Positions 1 to 9,422 of a stretch of 64,000 bases of DNA are shown here, piece after piece. Source of the DNA: an uncultured Actinomycetes bacterium (GTDB lineage: Bacteria > Actinomycetota > Thermoleophilia > UBA2241); NCBI GenBank assembly GCA_963725665.1, contig CAVRZA010000004.1:1-64000 (forward strand). The letters are read 5' to 3'. Numbering within the stretch: the first letter of the stretch is position 1; every line of letters starts with the position of its first letter. A program made the position numbers and the translations under genes. The notes under the pieces were generated by a model. That model ran no database searches. It saw nothing but the letters and a program-made list of their open reading frames with translations, and was not told where the DNA came from.

Positions 1-163
1 CGTCAATCCCGCGCGCAAACGGTTCGTGACTCCTGGCCCTGCCGCTATGGGATCCGAAGGCTCCTGCGCAAGCACAGCGCTGGCTCCGCAACAGGGACAT
101 CGCCCTCGTCACACAGGCGGTCAGCCAAAGGCCTCGACTGCGGCTGAGTCGGTCTGGGCCGAT

Positions 164-1810
164 CTATGCCGGCGCCGGCTCCGAACCTGGCTGCCTCTTG
201 GGTATCCGCCCTGTGAAGAAGAGGGCGATGACGCCCATGACGGCCAGCACCGAGAGCGCCGTGCGCAGGCCGTCGATCTGCGACTCCTCGTTCTGCTGGA
301 GAGCGATGTCGATCTCGTTCTGTGAGTAGCCGGCCTTGGTCATCCGCGTCTCGAGGTCCTTGTCCGAGATGAAGGGCGCGCCGGCGGCCAGGTTCACGTT
401 GGCCTGGTCCTTCGCCTGCTGCGGCACGTTCGGGTTCGCCTCGATCCCGGCCAGGAACGAGGCCGTGAGAGCGGCGATCAGGATCGAGCCCGCCAGAGCC
501 GTGCCGATGGAGGCGCCGAGCTGGCTCGCGGTGTTCTGCAGCCCGCCCACCTCGGAGCTCTTCTCCGTGGGCACCGCCGAAACCGTCACGTTGCCCAGCT
601 GCGACGCCAGCGCGCCGATCCCGAATCCGATGATGAGCATGGGGACGAACACGATGGAGGAGTCGGCGCCCACCTCGAGGCTCCCGATGAGCACCAGGAT
701 GCCGGCGATGAGTGCCAGCATGCCGACGCGCACGACTCGGCGCGGGTTGGCGTGAGGCAGGAGCCGAGGGACGCCGACCGCCGCGACGAGCAGGGACAGC
801 GAGAGCGGGAGCAGCCGCACACCGGTGGCCATGGGCGACAGCCCCAGCACCACCGAGAGGAAGAGCGGCACGATGAAGAACAGCCCCGCCTGGATCATGA
901 ACTGGAACAGAAACGTGACGAGCCCCCCTGTGAGCTGCTTGACGCGCAGGAGCGCCGGCGAGATGAGCGGCTCCTTGCCGGCGTCCTCCAGACGGACCTG
1001 CCAACGCAGGAACAGCCATAGGAAGAAGAGCCCGGCGATGATGAACCAGATCGTGAGCGAGAGCCCGAACAGGGACGTCGCGCCCTCCTTGGGCAGGAAC
1101 CAGCCCCACGTCGACGATTTGAGCACGCCGAGGACGACCAGGGCGAGGCCGAGCGATGACACCGCGGCGCCGACCAGATCGAGGTGTGGGCGCTGCCCGA
1201 CCGGTTCGTCGGCGGCGCGTCGCGCCAAGAACAGAATGGCGATCACGATGATGACCTCGCCGGCGAAGACGTAGCGCCACGAGAAGTAGGTGGTCATGAA
1301 GCCGCCGATCACGGGACCCACGGCGACGGCGATGGCGCCGGCCGCCGCGACGAGTCCGTACGCCTTGGGGCGACCGGCGGGCGGGAAGTTGCCGGCCACG
1401 AGTCCGACGATGGCCGGCATGATCAGCACGGCGCCGATACCCTCGAGGAACGACCAGCCGATGATGAGCACGGTGAGGTTCGGCGAGAGCGCCGTCGTCA
1501 TCGAGCCGCAGCCGTAGATGATGCAGCCCAGGGAGAACGCTCGCTTGCGCCCCATGATGCTGCCGATCTTGCCGCCGAGCACCATGAGGCTGGCCATGAC
1601 CAGCGTGTAGAGGGTGATCGCCGTCTGCACGCCGGTGACGGTGGTGCCGATGTCGTTGGCGACGGTGGCGATAGAGACGTTCATCACCGACGTGTCCAGG
1701 GTCATGAGGAACTGGCCAGTCGCCAGCGTGAAGAGGATGAGGCCAGCGCCGGCAGCGGCGGCACCTGCAGCGGCAGTCGCTCCCGCCGTGCCGGAAGTCT
1801 CCTTGGCCAT
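164..1810 (-). CDS. MFS transporter, DHA2 (EmrB/QacA-like) family
   Basis: Multi-TM ORF with motifs LMTLDTSVMNV, GGKIGSIMGRKR and GPVIGG; start placed at ATG 1810 (MAKETS). Confidence 0.9.
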   Translation of the reverse strand: MAKETSGTAGATAAAGAAAAGAGLILFTLATGQFLMTLDTSVMNVSIATVANDIGTTVTGVQTAITLYTLVMASLMVLGGKIGSIMGRKRAFSLGCIIYGCGSMTTALSPNLTVLIIGWSFLEGIGAVLIMPAIVGLVAGNFPPAGRPKAYGLVAAAGAIAVAVGPVIGGFMTTYFSWRYVFAGEVIIVIAILFLARRAADEPVGQRPHLDLVGAAVSSLGLALVVLGVLKSSTWGWFLPKEGATSLFGLSLTIWFIIAGLFFLWLFLRWQVRLEDAGKEPLISPALLRVKQLTGGLVTFLFQFMIQAGLFFIVPLFLSVVLGLSPMATGVRLLPLSLSLLVAAVGVPRLLPHANPRRVVRVGMLALIAGILVLIGSLEVGADSSIVFVPMLIIGFGIGALASQLGNVTVSAVPTEKSSEVGGLQNTASQLGASIGTALAGSILIAALTASFLAGIEANPNVPQQAKDQANVNLAAGAPFISDKDLETRMTKAGYSQNEIDIALQQNEESQIDGLRTALSVLAVMGVIALFFTGRIPKRQPGSEPAPA

Positions 1811-1963
1811 GGGCCCCCCTAGTCGTGCGTTCCGGGTGCCGCCATATGGTCGCCGGGCGGTCAAACCGAGGCCGTATTCTATCCTGTGCCGCGTCGGTGC
1901 GCGCGGCCCCGGGTGGACGGCGCCCCCGCTTGCGGAGGCGCCGTCCACCCGCGCACTTCCGCC

Positions 1964-3694
1964 TCAGCGCTCGGGAGGTATGAGGTCCTTGGTCGCCTCA
2001 AAGACGTTGCCGTGGATGTTCGAGTCGCCGATGCGATCGACGACGCCGTCGCGGCGCAGCACGTCCATCACCGCCGGCTTCACGCGCGCCAGACGCAGCT
2101 CAATGGAACGTGCCCGGGTCAGCTCGAGGATCTCACCGATCTTCTCCGAACCCTGAGAGTCGATGTAGTTCACCCCTTCAAAATCGAGGACAACAACCTG
2201 GAGCTTGGGGTCCGCCTCATGAGCAAGCTCCCGGACGCGGTCCTCGAACGCGCTGGCGTCGATGAAGAATAGCCCTGCGTCAAAGCCGAGCACGAGCAGG
2301 CCGGGGTACGCCTCGCCGTCGGTAGAATCACCTGCGGGCTGGAACACCTGCGTACCGCGCCGGCGGACCAGCACGGGCATCGCCGGGGTGGCGGAGACGT
2401 AGACGAGCCAGCCGATCGAGAGCGCGATGCCGATGATCACGCCGGCCAGCACGCCGGCACTGAGCACCCCCAGGAGCGCCGCCGTGGCGATCCAAAAGTC
2501 GAAACGCTTGACGCGGAAGAGACGTCGCATGGCCGGCACGTCCATCATGCCCATCACGACGGCCTCGATGATGATCGCCGCCAGGACCGCCTGGGGAAGC
2601 TGGGAGAACAGCGGCGCGAGAAACAGCAGCGTCAAGACGACGAGCGCTCCGGTGGTGAGCGAGGCCAACGGCGTCCTCGCGCCCGTCTGGTCGTTCAGCG
2701 AGCTGGCGGAAAGGCTGGTTGAGACCGGGATGCCTTGCACCAGTCCGGATCCGACGTTGGCCACCCCCTGGGCCAGGGACTCCTGGTTCACGTTCACCTG
2801 ATAGCGATGCTTCGAGGCAAAGGCGCGAGCGTCGCCGGCGGTCTGCGAGAAGCCGATCATGAGGAGCGCCGTCGCAGCGGTGAGGACGTCGGCCAGATGA
2901 TCGGCGATGTAGCCGAAGTCAGGAAGGACAATGGCCGGCAACCCGCTGGGGACGTCGCCCACGAGCGCCACGCCCCTGTCTTCGAGCCCGAGCAGCGCGG
3001 AGACGAGCAGACCTCCAACGACCAGGACGAGCGCGCCGGGCACCCGGGGGGCGGCGAATCGCAAGCCGAAGATGACCACCAGGGCGACGACGCCTACGAC
3101 GACCGTCATGCCGTGGGTGTCGCCGAGAGCGCCGATCCAGCTCGCGAGCTTCTGCCAGCTGTTGTCACCCGAGGCCTCGGTGCCGGTGACCTTGGCCAGC
3201 TCCCCGATCGTCGTCTGGATGCCCGCCCCGAACAGGAAGCCGACGATCACGGCCTTGGACAGGAACTGGGAGATCCAGCCCATCCTGAACAGCGCGAGCA
3301 GGACGAAGAAGACGCCGGACACGAACGTGATCGACGCCACCATGGTCACGGTGTCGTCGCCGGACGCCGCCGCGCCAAGGACCGCACCGGCAGCGACGGC
3401 CGAGAGCGCGGCGCTGGGTCCGGTGGCGATCTGGCGCGACGTGCAGAACAGCGCGTACAGGATCGCGCCCGCCGCCGCAGCGTAGAGTCCGTACTGGATC
3501 GGCACTTCCGCGATGCCCGCGTAGCCTAGTGCCTTGGGCACCACGAGCGCCGCGACCGTCAGGCCCGCGATCAGGTCCGGCCGGAGCCAGCTGCGCTGGT
3601 AGCGTGGTGCCCACCCGAGGATCGGCACGACGCGGGCGACACCGCCCCTCCGCGTGTTTCCTTTCTTCGCGTCTGCAACGGCGCTCACTCGCAC
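1964..3694 (-). CDS. SulP/SLC26 family anion permease with C-terminal STAS domain
   Basis: DLIAGLTVAALVVPKALGYA, GLYAA and NQE motifs; STAS-type VVVLDFEGVNYIDSQG. Confidence 0.92.
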   Translation of the reverse strand: MRVSAVADAKKGNTRRGGVARVVPILGWAPRYQRSWLRPDLIAGLTVAALVVPKALGYAGIAEVPIQYGLYAAAAGAILYALFCTSRQIATGPSAALSAVAAGAVLGAAASGDDTVTMVASITFVSGVFFVLLALFRMGWISQFLSKAVIVGFLFGAGIQTTIGELAKVTGTEASGDNSWQKLASWIGALGDTHGMTVVVGVVALVVIFGLRFAAPRVPGALVLVVGGLLVSALLGLEDRGVALVGDVPSGLPAIVLPDFGYIADHLADVLTAATALLMIGFSQTAGDARAFASKHRYQVNVNQESLAQGVANVGSGLVQGIPVSTSLSASSLNDQTGARTPLASLTTGALVVLTLLFLAPLFSQLPQAVLAAIIIEAVVMGMMDVPAMRRLFRVKRFDFWIATAALLGVLSAGVLAGVIIGIALSIGWLVYVSATPAMPVLVRRRGTQVFQPAGDSTDGEAYPGLLVLGFDAGLFFIDASAFEDRVRELAHEADPKLQVVVLDFEGVNYIDSQGSEKIGEILELTRARSIELRLARVKPAVMDVLRRDGVVDRIGDSNIHGNVFEATKDLIPPER

Positions 3695-3726
3695 CTTCAG
3701 CTACTCAGACGTCAGGTGCGGTCATC

Positions 3727-5415
3727 TCACAGCGTCGCGAAGATCTCGTGCGACAGCATGCCGCCGGCGACGGTCCGGGCGGTGAAGCCGTTCTGTACCA
3801 GGATCCGCGTCGCGTAGTAGGCTCGCTGGCCGGATCGGCAGATGACGAGGATCTCACGGTCACGCGGCAGCTCATCCAGACGTCCGCGGAGCTCATCCAC
3901 CGGGATGTTGACCACCCCCGGCAGTTGCTCGACGGCGAGCTCTTCGGGATGGCGCACGTCGAGGAGAAAGCCGTCTCCCAACGCGCCCCAGTGGCCGATG
4001 GGCATGTCGCCGCGAAGCACGTTGGCGCCGACCATCCCCGCGAAGTTGGCGGGCGACTTGGCGGCGCCGAACTGGGGCGCGTAGCAGAGCTCGCACTCCT
4101 CCAGATCGTAGACGGTACCCCCTAGCTGGATGGCCATCGCGATCGCATCGATGCGCTTGTCGACACCTTCTCTGCCCACCGCCTGCGCTCCGAGGAGTCG
4201 TCCGTCGGACGTGCGGAAGATGACCTTCATCGCGAGCAGGGTGGCCCCGGGGTAGTAGCCCGCGTGAGAGTTGGGGAAGAGGTAGACCTTCTCGTAGTCG
4301 TCGTCGCCGCGCCGCTTGAGCATCTTCTCGTTGACGCCGGTCCAGGCGACCGCGCCGCCGAAGGCACCGAGGATGGCGGTGCCCTGCGTGCCGCGGAATC
4401 GCGAGTCCCGCCCAGCGATCACGTCGGCCGCGATGCGGCCCTGCCGGTTCGCCGGCCCCGCCAGCGCGACCAGGCACTCCTCGCCGGTGATGCAGTCCGT
4501 CTTCTCGACCGCGTCGCCCACGGCGAGGATGTCGGGGTCGCTGGTGCGCATCTGATCGTCGACGACGATGCCGCCGCGCTTGCCGACCTGGATGCGGGCC
4601 ATCTCGGCGAGCGCGGTCTCGGGCTTCACCCCGATGCCGAGGATCACGATGTCCGCCGGGTACACGTCGCCGGAATCGGTCAGGACCTCGAGCGATCCGT
4701 CGCCTGCCTCGCGGAACCCCGAGCCGGCCGCGTTGAGCACGACCCGCACGCCGTTCTTGTTCAGGTGACGCTCCACGTAGCGCGCCATCTCGATGTCGAG
4801 CGGCGACATGATCTGGTCGCCGCGCTGCAGGAGCGTGACCTCGAAGCCGAGCCCGACCAGATTCTCGGCTGTCTCGATGCCGATGAAGCCCCCGCCGACG
4901 ACGACCGCGCGCAGGTCCCTCTTGCGCGTCTGAAACCCGGTGTAGGAGTCCATGCCGGCCGATCTGCCGCGACGCTCATCGAGCCAGGTGCGGATCTGCG
5001 CGGCGTCCGGTACCGTTCTCACCCCGAAGATCCCGGGAAGGTCGATCCCCGGCAACGGCGGACGGATGGGAGCCGCCCCGGGCGAGAGCACGAGCTTGTC
5101 GTAGTGCTCGGTGGTCACCTCACCGGTCGTTCGATCCTTGAGCTGCACCGTCTTCTCGCTCGCCGCGATCCCGACCACCTCGCAGTTCGTGCGGGCGTCG
5201 ACGGCGAACATGTCGCGAAAGGTGTCCGCGGTCGCGACCAGGAGGCTCGACTGCTGCTCGATCACGCCCCCGATGTAGTACGGCAGGCCGCAGTTCGCGT
5301 ACGAGACGTACGGACCGCGCTCCACCATGAGGATCTCGGCGTTCTCATCGAGCCTGCGCAAGCGTGCCGCACACGATGCGCCGCCGGCGACTCCACCAAC
5401 GATGATGACCTTCAT
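3727..5415 (-). CDS. CoA-disulfide reductase-like FAD/NAD(P)H oxidoreductase with C-terminal rhodanese domain (CoADR-RHD / persulfide reductase type)
   Basis: GGVAGGAS FAD motif, SYANCGLPY redox Cys, GGGFIG NAD motif, YAPQF, rhodanese CRSGQR. Confidence 0.9.
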   Translation of the reverse strand: MKVIIVGGVAGGASCAARLRRLDENAEILMVERGPYVSYANCGLPYYIGGVIEQQSSLLVATADTFRDMFAVDARTNCEVVGIAASEKTVQLKDRTTGEVTTEHYDKLVLSPGAAPIRPPLPGIDLPGIFGVRTVPDAAQIRTWLDERRGRSAGMDSYTGFQTRKRDLRAVVVGGGFIGIETAENLVGLGFEVTLLQRGDQIMSPLDIEMARYVERHLNKNGVRVVLNAAGSGFREAGDGSLEVLTDSGDVYPADIVILGIGVKPETALAEMARIQVGKRGGIVVDDQMRTSDPDILAVGDAVEKTDCITGEECLVALAGPANRQGRIAADVIAGRDSRFRGTQGTAILGAFGGAVAWTGVNEKMLKRRGDDDYEKVYLFPNSHAGYYPGATLLAMKVIFRTSDGRLLGAQAVGREGVDKRIDAIAMAIQLGGTVYDLEECELCYAPQFGAAKSPANFAGMVGANVLRGDMPIGHWGALGDGFLLDVRHPEELAVEQLPGVVNIPVDELRGRLDELPRDREILVICRSGQRAYYATRILVQNGFTARTVAGGMLSHEIFATL

Positions 5416-5500
5416 TCTGCAGCCTTTCCATCGAGTTGCACGACTGTATCCTCCATGCCGCCCCCCGCGCCGATGCCGACCATGATGCCGTCGCAGGCGC

Positions 5501-7406
5501 TCATGCGAACTCCGGCAGCCGCTCGGCGAGGATGATCCTCGCGGCTGCCTCGATAAGGGCGAGATGGGAGAACGCCTGCGGGAAGTTCCCCAGGTGATGG
5601 CCGGTGTCGGTGTCGAATTCCTCGGCGAACAGCCCGAGTGGCGATGCGACCCGTAGAAGCTTCTCCATCAGGTCGCGAGCGCGCTGCTCTTCGCCGATGA
5701 TCGCCAGAGCCGACACCAGCCAGAACGAGCAGATCAGGAACGTCCCCTCCTTGCCGGACAGCCCGTCGTCGGTCTCCTCGGTGCGGTAGCGCAAGACGAA
5801 CCCGTGCTCGGTGAGGTCCTGCGCGATGGCGAGGACGCTCGCACGCAGGACGTCGTCATCGTGCGACAGGAACCCGAAGAGCGCCGCTAGCAGGGTGGAG
5901 GCGTCCAGCGACTCAGTCTCGTAGTGTTGCCGCAAGACCCCGTCGCGGACCCCGTGTGCCATGATGTCGTCGTGGATCTCGTCGGCGGTCGCCCGCCACT
6001 TGGTCTGCAGGTCGGCGTCACCCCGGATCTCGGCCAGCTTGGCCGCCCGATCCATGGCGACCCAGCACATGAGCTTCGAGGAGACGTAGTGCCGGGGTTT
6101 GCCGCGCGCCTCCCAGATGCCTTGATCGGGGCTGCGCCAGACCTTCGTCGCGCACTGCGCCTGCGCCTGTACGACCGGCCACAGCCGACGCGGCAGGCGC
6201 TGGCTCCTGCGCGTATGCAGGAGGATCGAGTCCAGCACCGCGCCGTAGACGTCGTTCTGTCGCTGATCGAAGGCCCCGTTGCCGATGCGGACCGGGTGCG
6301 CACCGGCATACCCCGTCATCTCGTCTATGGTCGACTCCGCGAGGTCCCGTCTGCCGTCGATCCCGTACATGATCTGCAGAGAGCCGTCCTCGTTCGCCTC
6401 CAGGTCGGCGACGAACTGCATGAACTCGTCGGCCTCCCAATCGAGGTTGAGGTAGTGCAGGGCCTGCAGCGTGAAGGTGGAGTCGCGCATCCAGGTAAAG
6501 CGGTAGTCCCAGTTGCGCTCGCCACCGGGAGTCTCGGGAAGCGAAGTGGTGAGGGCCGCGATGGTCGCCCCAGTCGGCATGTAGGTCAGGCCTTTGACGG
6601 CAAGGGCGGAGCGCTCGACCGCGCCGCGAAAGCGGTGGTCCATCAGGCGCGAGCGGGCCAGCCAGCCGCGCCAGAAGCGCCTGGTCGTCGCGACCCGTGC
6701 CTCGGCGTCGTCGACGTCGACCGGGCAGGCCAAGTCCTCGGCCCACGAAAGGGCGCAATAGGCGCGTTCGCCGGCCGCGAGCATGTGCCGGGCGCGGACG
6801 CGGTTGCCCTCGATCCCGAGCGCCATGCTCGTCGCGAGGCGGATCGTTAGTCCGGCGCCGGTAGCGTCGGCGGCGTGGCGATTCTCGCCGACGAGCGTCC
6901 ACTCGCCCGCCGTCCTGCCGTAGTCGAACACCGGCTCGCAGGTCAGCTCGACCTCGACTTGACCCTCCAGGCACAGCACGGTGCGCACCAGCAGGTGGTC
7001 GGCGTCGGCATCGACGGGAGGCCGGGTGTGCGGGGTGACGATGTCCTCCCCTTTCCGGGTGCCCAACGTCAACGCGTCGCGGACCTCGACCCATCCGGTC
7101 GCTCGTGTGCCACGTCGTGACCAGGGTGTTCGTCCCGGGCTCGTAGGCCCGCGCTGCCGGGACGTTCACTCCGAACGGGCCGAACCGGAAGCCCCCAGCG
7201 CCGCGATCGAGCAGGGAACCGAAGACGCTCGGTGAGTCGAACCGCGGCACGCAGAGCCAGTCGACGGTGCCGTCGGGGGCGACCAGGGCGCCGGTGTGGC
7301 AATCGGACAGGAACGCGTAGTCGGCGATGGGGGTGAACGGCGACGGCATCGCCGCGCTCTGACGACGATCGTTCCGGCTGGCGCCGCCGGACGTCTGCGG
7401 GCTCAT
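5501..7406 (-). CDS. Glycoside hydrolase family 15 (trehalase/glucoamylase-like), one apparent frameshift near 7100
   Basis: N-terminus PIADYAFLSDCHTGALV..DWLCVPRFDSPSVF lies in one frame; ERNWDYRFTWMRD, GIWEAR and GNFPQAFSH lie in another. Confidence 0.88.
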
Positions 7407-7480
7407 GCGCCCTCCTTGCGAGCGAGGGTCAGGACGCTTTTCGCGATGGTCAGTGCTTGTGGCATCGTCCTCCTCTCCCC

Positions 7481-8248
7481 CTACAGTCCCTTGTTCCAGC
7501 GGCACATGCCGCCGTCGACGTAGTAGGTGCTGCCGGTCACGTAGGCCGCCTCGTCGGAGGCGAGAAAGACGGCCACTGAGGCGACCTCGTCGGGTTCGCC
7601 GAGGCGGCCGGCAGGGATCACCTGCTGGAGGGCGTGCAGTAGCTCGCCGTCGCCCAGCGTGCGTTTGTTGATCGGCGTCGCGATCGCGCCCGGGGCGATG
7701 TCGTTGACGGTGATGCCGTGCGGCGCAAGCTCCTGGCAGATGGTGCGCGTGAACATGCGCATGCCACCCTTGGAGGTCGCGTAGGTCGCGTAGTGCAGAA
7801 AGGCGACGTCCTCGTGGATCGAGGAGACGTTGATGAGGCGGCCCCCGCCGCCGGCGGCGATCATGAGCCTCGCGGCGGCCTGCGCGGCGAAGAACGCGCC
7901 TTTGAGATCGACGCCGAGGACGAGGTCGAAGTGCTCCTCGCTGACGTCCAGGAATGGCTCGCGGATCTCGACGCCGGCGTTGTTGACCAGGATGTCGAGG
8001 CGGCCGAGCGCCTTCTGCGCGTCGCGCACGAGGCGCTCGGCCTCCGCGGCGACGCCGACGTTGGCGCCCAGGGCGACCGACTTCCTGCCCAGCTTCGCGA
8101 TCTGCGCCGCGACGGCGCGCGCCTCGTCCTCCTCGCGGTGGTAGTGCACCACCACGTCGGCGCCCTCGCGCGCGAAGCGCAGCGCGATGGCCTCTCCGAT
8201 GCCGCTGGAGCTGCCGGTGACGAGTGCCGCCTTGCCTATGAGTCTCAT
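7481..8248 (-). CDS. SDR oxidoreductase, glucose 1-dehydrogenase-like
   Basis: TGSSSGIG, NNAG, SSIHE, YATSK catalytic motif and PGAIATPIN are typical of glucose 1-dehydrogenases. Confidence 0.85.
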   Translation of the reverse strand: MRLIGKAALVTGSSSGIGEAIALRFAREGADVVVHYHREEDEARAVAAQIAKLGRKSVALGANVGVAAEAERLVRDAQKALGRLDILVNNAGVEIREPFLDVSEEHFDLVLGVDLKGAFFAAQAAARLMIAAGGGGRLINVSSIHEDVAFLHYATYATSKGGMRMFTRTICQELAPHGITVNDIAPGAIATPINKRTLGDGELLHALQQVIPAGRLGEPDEVASVAVFLASDEAAYVTGSTYYVDGGMCRWNKGL

Positions 8249-8324
8249 GGTCATCCCACCTTCTGGTCGTCGCGCTGTAGTCATCGTCTCCATCTTCCGG
8301 TCGCCTACGCCACCGCCCGTCTGG

Positions 8325-9215
8325 TCAACCCGCGAACGGGTGCGTTGGCAGGCCGGCCACACCCACATCGAGGCGCAGCAGAGCGCCCGCCAGCGGCTGC
8401 CCGGATCTCTCGGACTCGCTGAGTCCTTCTCGTCGGGTCGTCACATAGAGGTCGCGCAGGTCCGGCCCCCCGAAGCAGCAGCTCGTGATCTTCGCGACGG
8501 GCAGCCCCACCTCAACGATCAGCTCTCCGTCTGGAGAGTAGCGCCGCAGACCCCAGCCGCCGTGCAGGGCGACCCACACGCCGCCCTCGGCGTCGACGTT
8601 GAGGCCATCCGGAACGGCGCCCTCGACCTCGACGGCGGCCAGCGGCCGCCGATTCTCGAGGGCGCCGCTCGCCGCGTCGAAGTCGAAGACGTCGATGCGG
8701 CAGGTCGGGCTGTCGACGAAGTAGAAGCTTGTTCCCGATGGGCTCCAGCCGAGGCCGTTCGAGATCGTCGTGCCGGTGAGGACCGTCGTCATGCCGAGAT
8801 CGGCGTCGACCCGGTAGAGCCCTCCGAGGGAGGAGCGCTCGTCGAGCGCCATGGTGCCCACCCACAGCCTCCCCGCCGCGTCACAGGCACCGTCGTTCGT
8901 GCGCGTACCCGCCTGCTCGGGTTCGATGGCCGCGAGAAGGGAGGACCGCTCCCCCTCGAGGAGATGAAGACCGTCGGGCAGACCGATGACGACGCCGCCC
9001 CGCCGCCGCGGCAACGCAAGACTCACGACGTCGGCGACCTGCTGCGTCGTGTTCGTTCCCGTCGCGGGATCGTAGCGGTGCACGAGCTTCGCCGGGATGT
9101 CGACCCAGAGCAGGGTCCGGGTCGTGGGGTCCCAGCGCGGCCCCTCTCCCAGTTGGGCCGTCGGCGCGACGGCGACGTCGAAATCGGCTGACTGGAATGC
9201 GTTCACTCGATCCAT
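8325..9215 (-). CDS. SMP-30/gluconolactonase/LRE family protein
   Basis: LGEGPRWD, RTNDGACD..GRLWVGTM, SNGLGWSP, PDGLNVDAEG, FGGPDLRDLYVT. Confidence 0.9.
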   Translation of the reverse strand: MDRVNAFQSADFDVAVAPTAQLGEGPRWDPTTRTLLWVDIPAKLVHRYDPATGTNTTQQVADVVSLALPRRRGGVVIGLPDGLHLLEGERSSLLAAIEPEQAGTRTNDGACDAAGRLWVGTMALDERSSLGGLYRVDADLGMTTVLTGTTISNGLGWSPSGTSFYFVDSPTCRIDVFDFDAASGALENRRPLAAVEVEGAVPDGLNVDAEGGVWVALHGGWGLRRYSPDGELIVEVGLPVAKITSCCFGGPDLRDLYVTTRREGLSESERSGQPLAGALLRLDVGVAGLPTHPFAG

Positions 9216-9422
9216 CCTTCGTCGGCCGCCTCCCGACGTCGCCGCCGACGGTGCAGCACCGCAGGGTCCCGTTCGTAACCAAGGGGTTACCGTGCGGGAA
9301 TCATGTCCGGTCACCGCACCGCGCGCAAGTGGGGGCATGGGATGGTGCGACCGCTGGCGCGTGAGGCGGGCAGACACTACTGTTTGTCACCAGTTGGCTA
9401 CCGCGACTGAGGGGAGCGCAGG

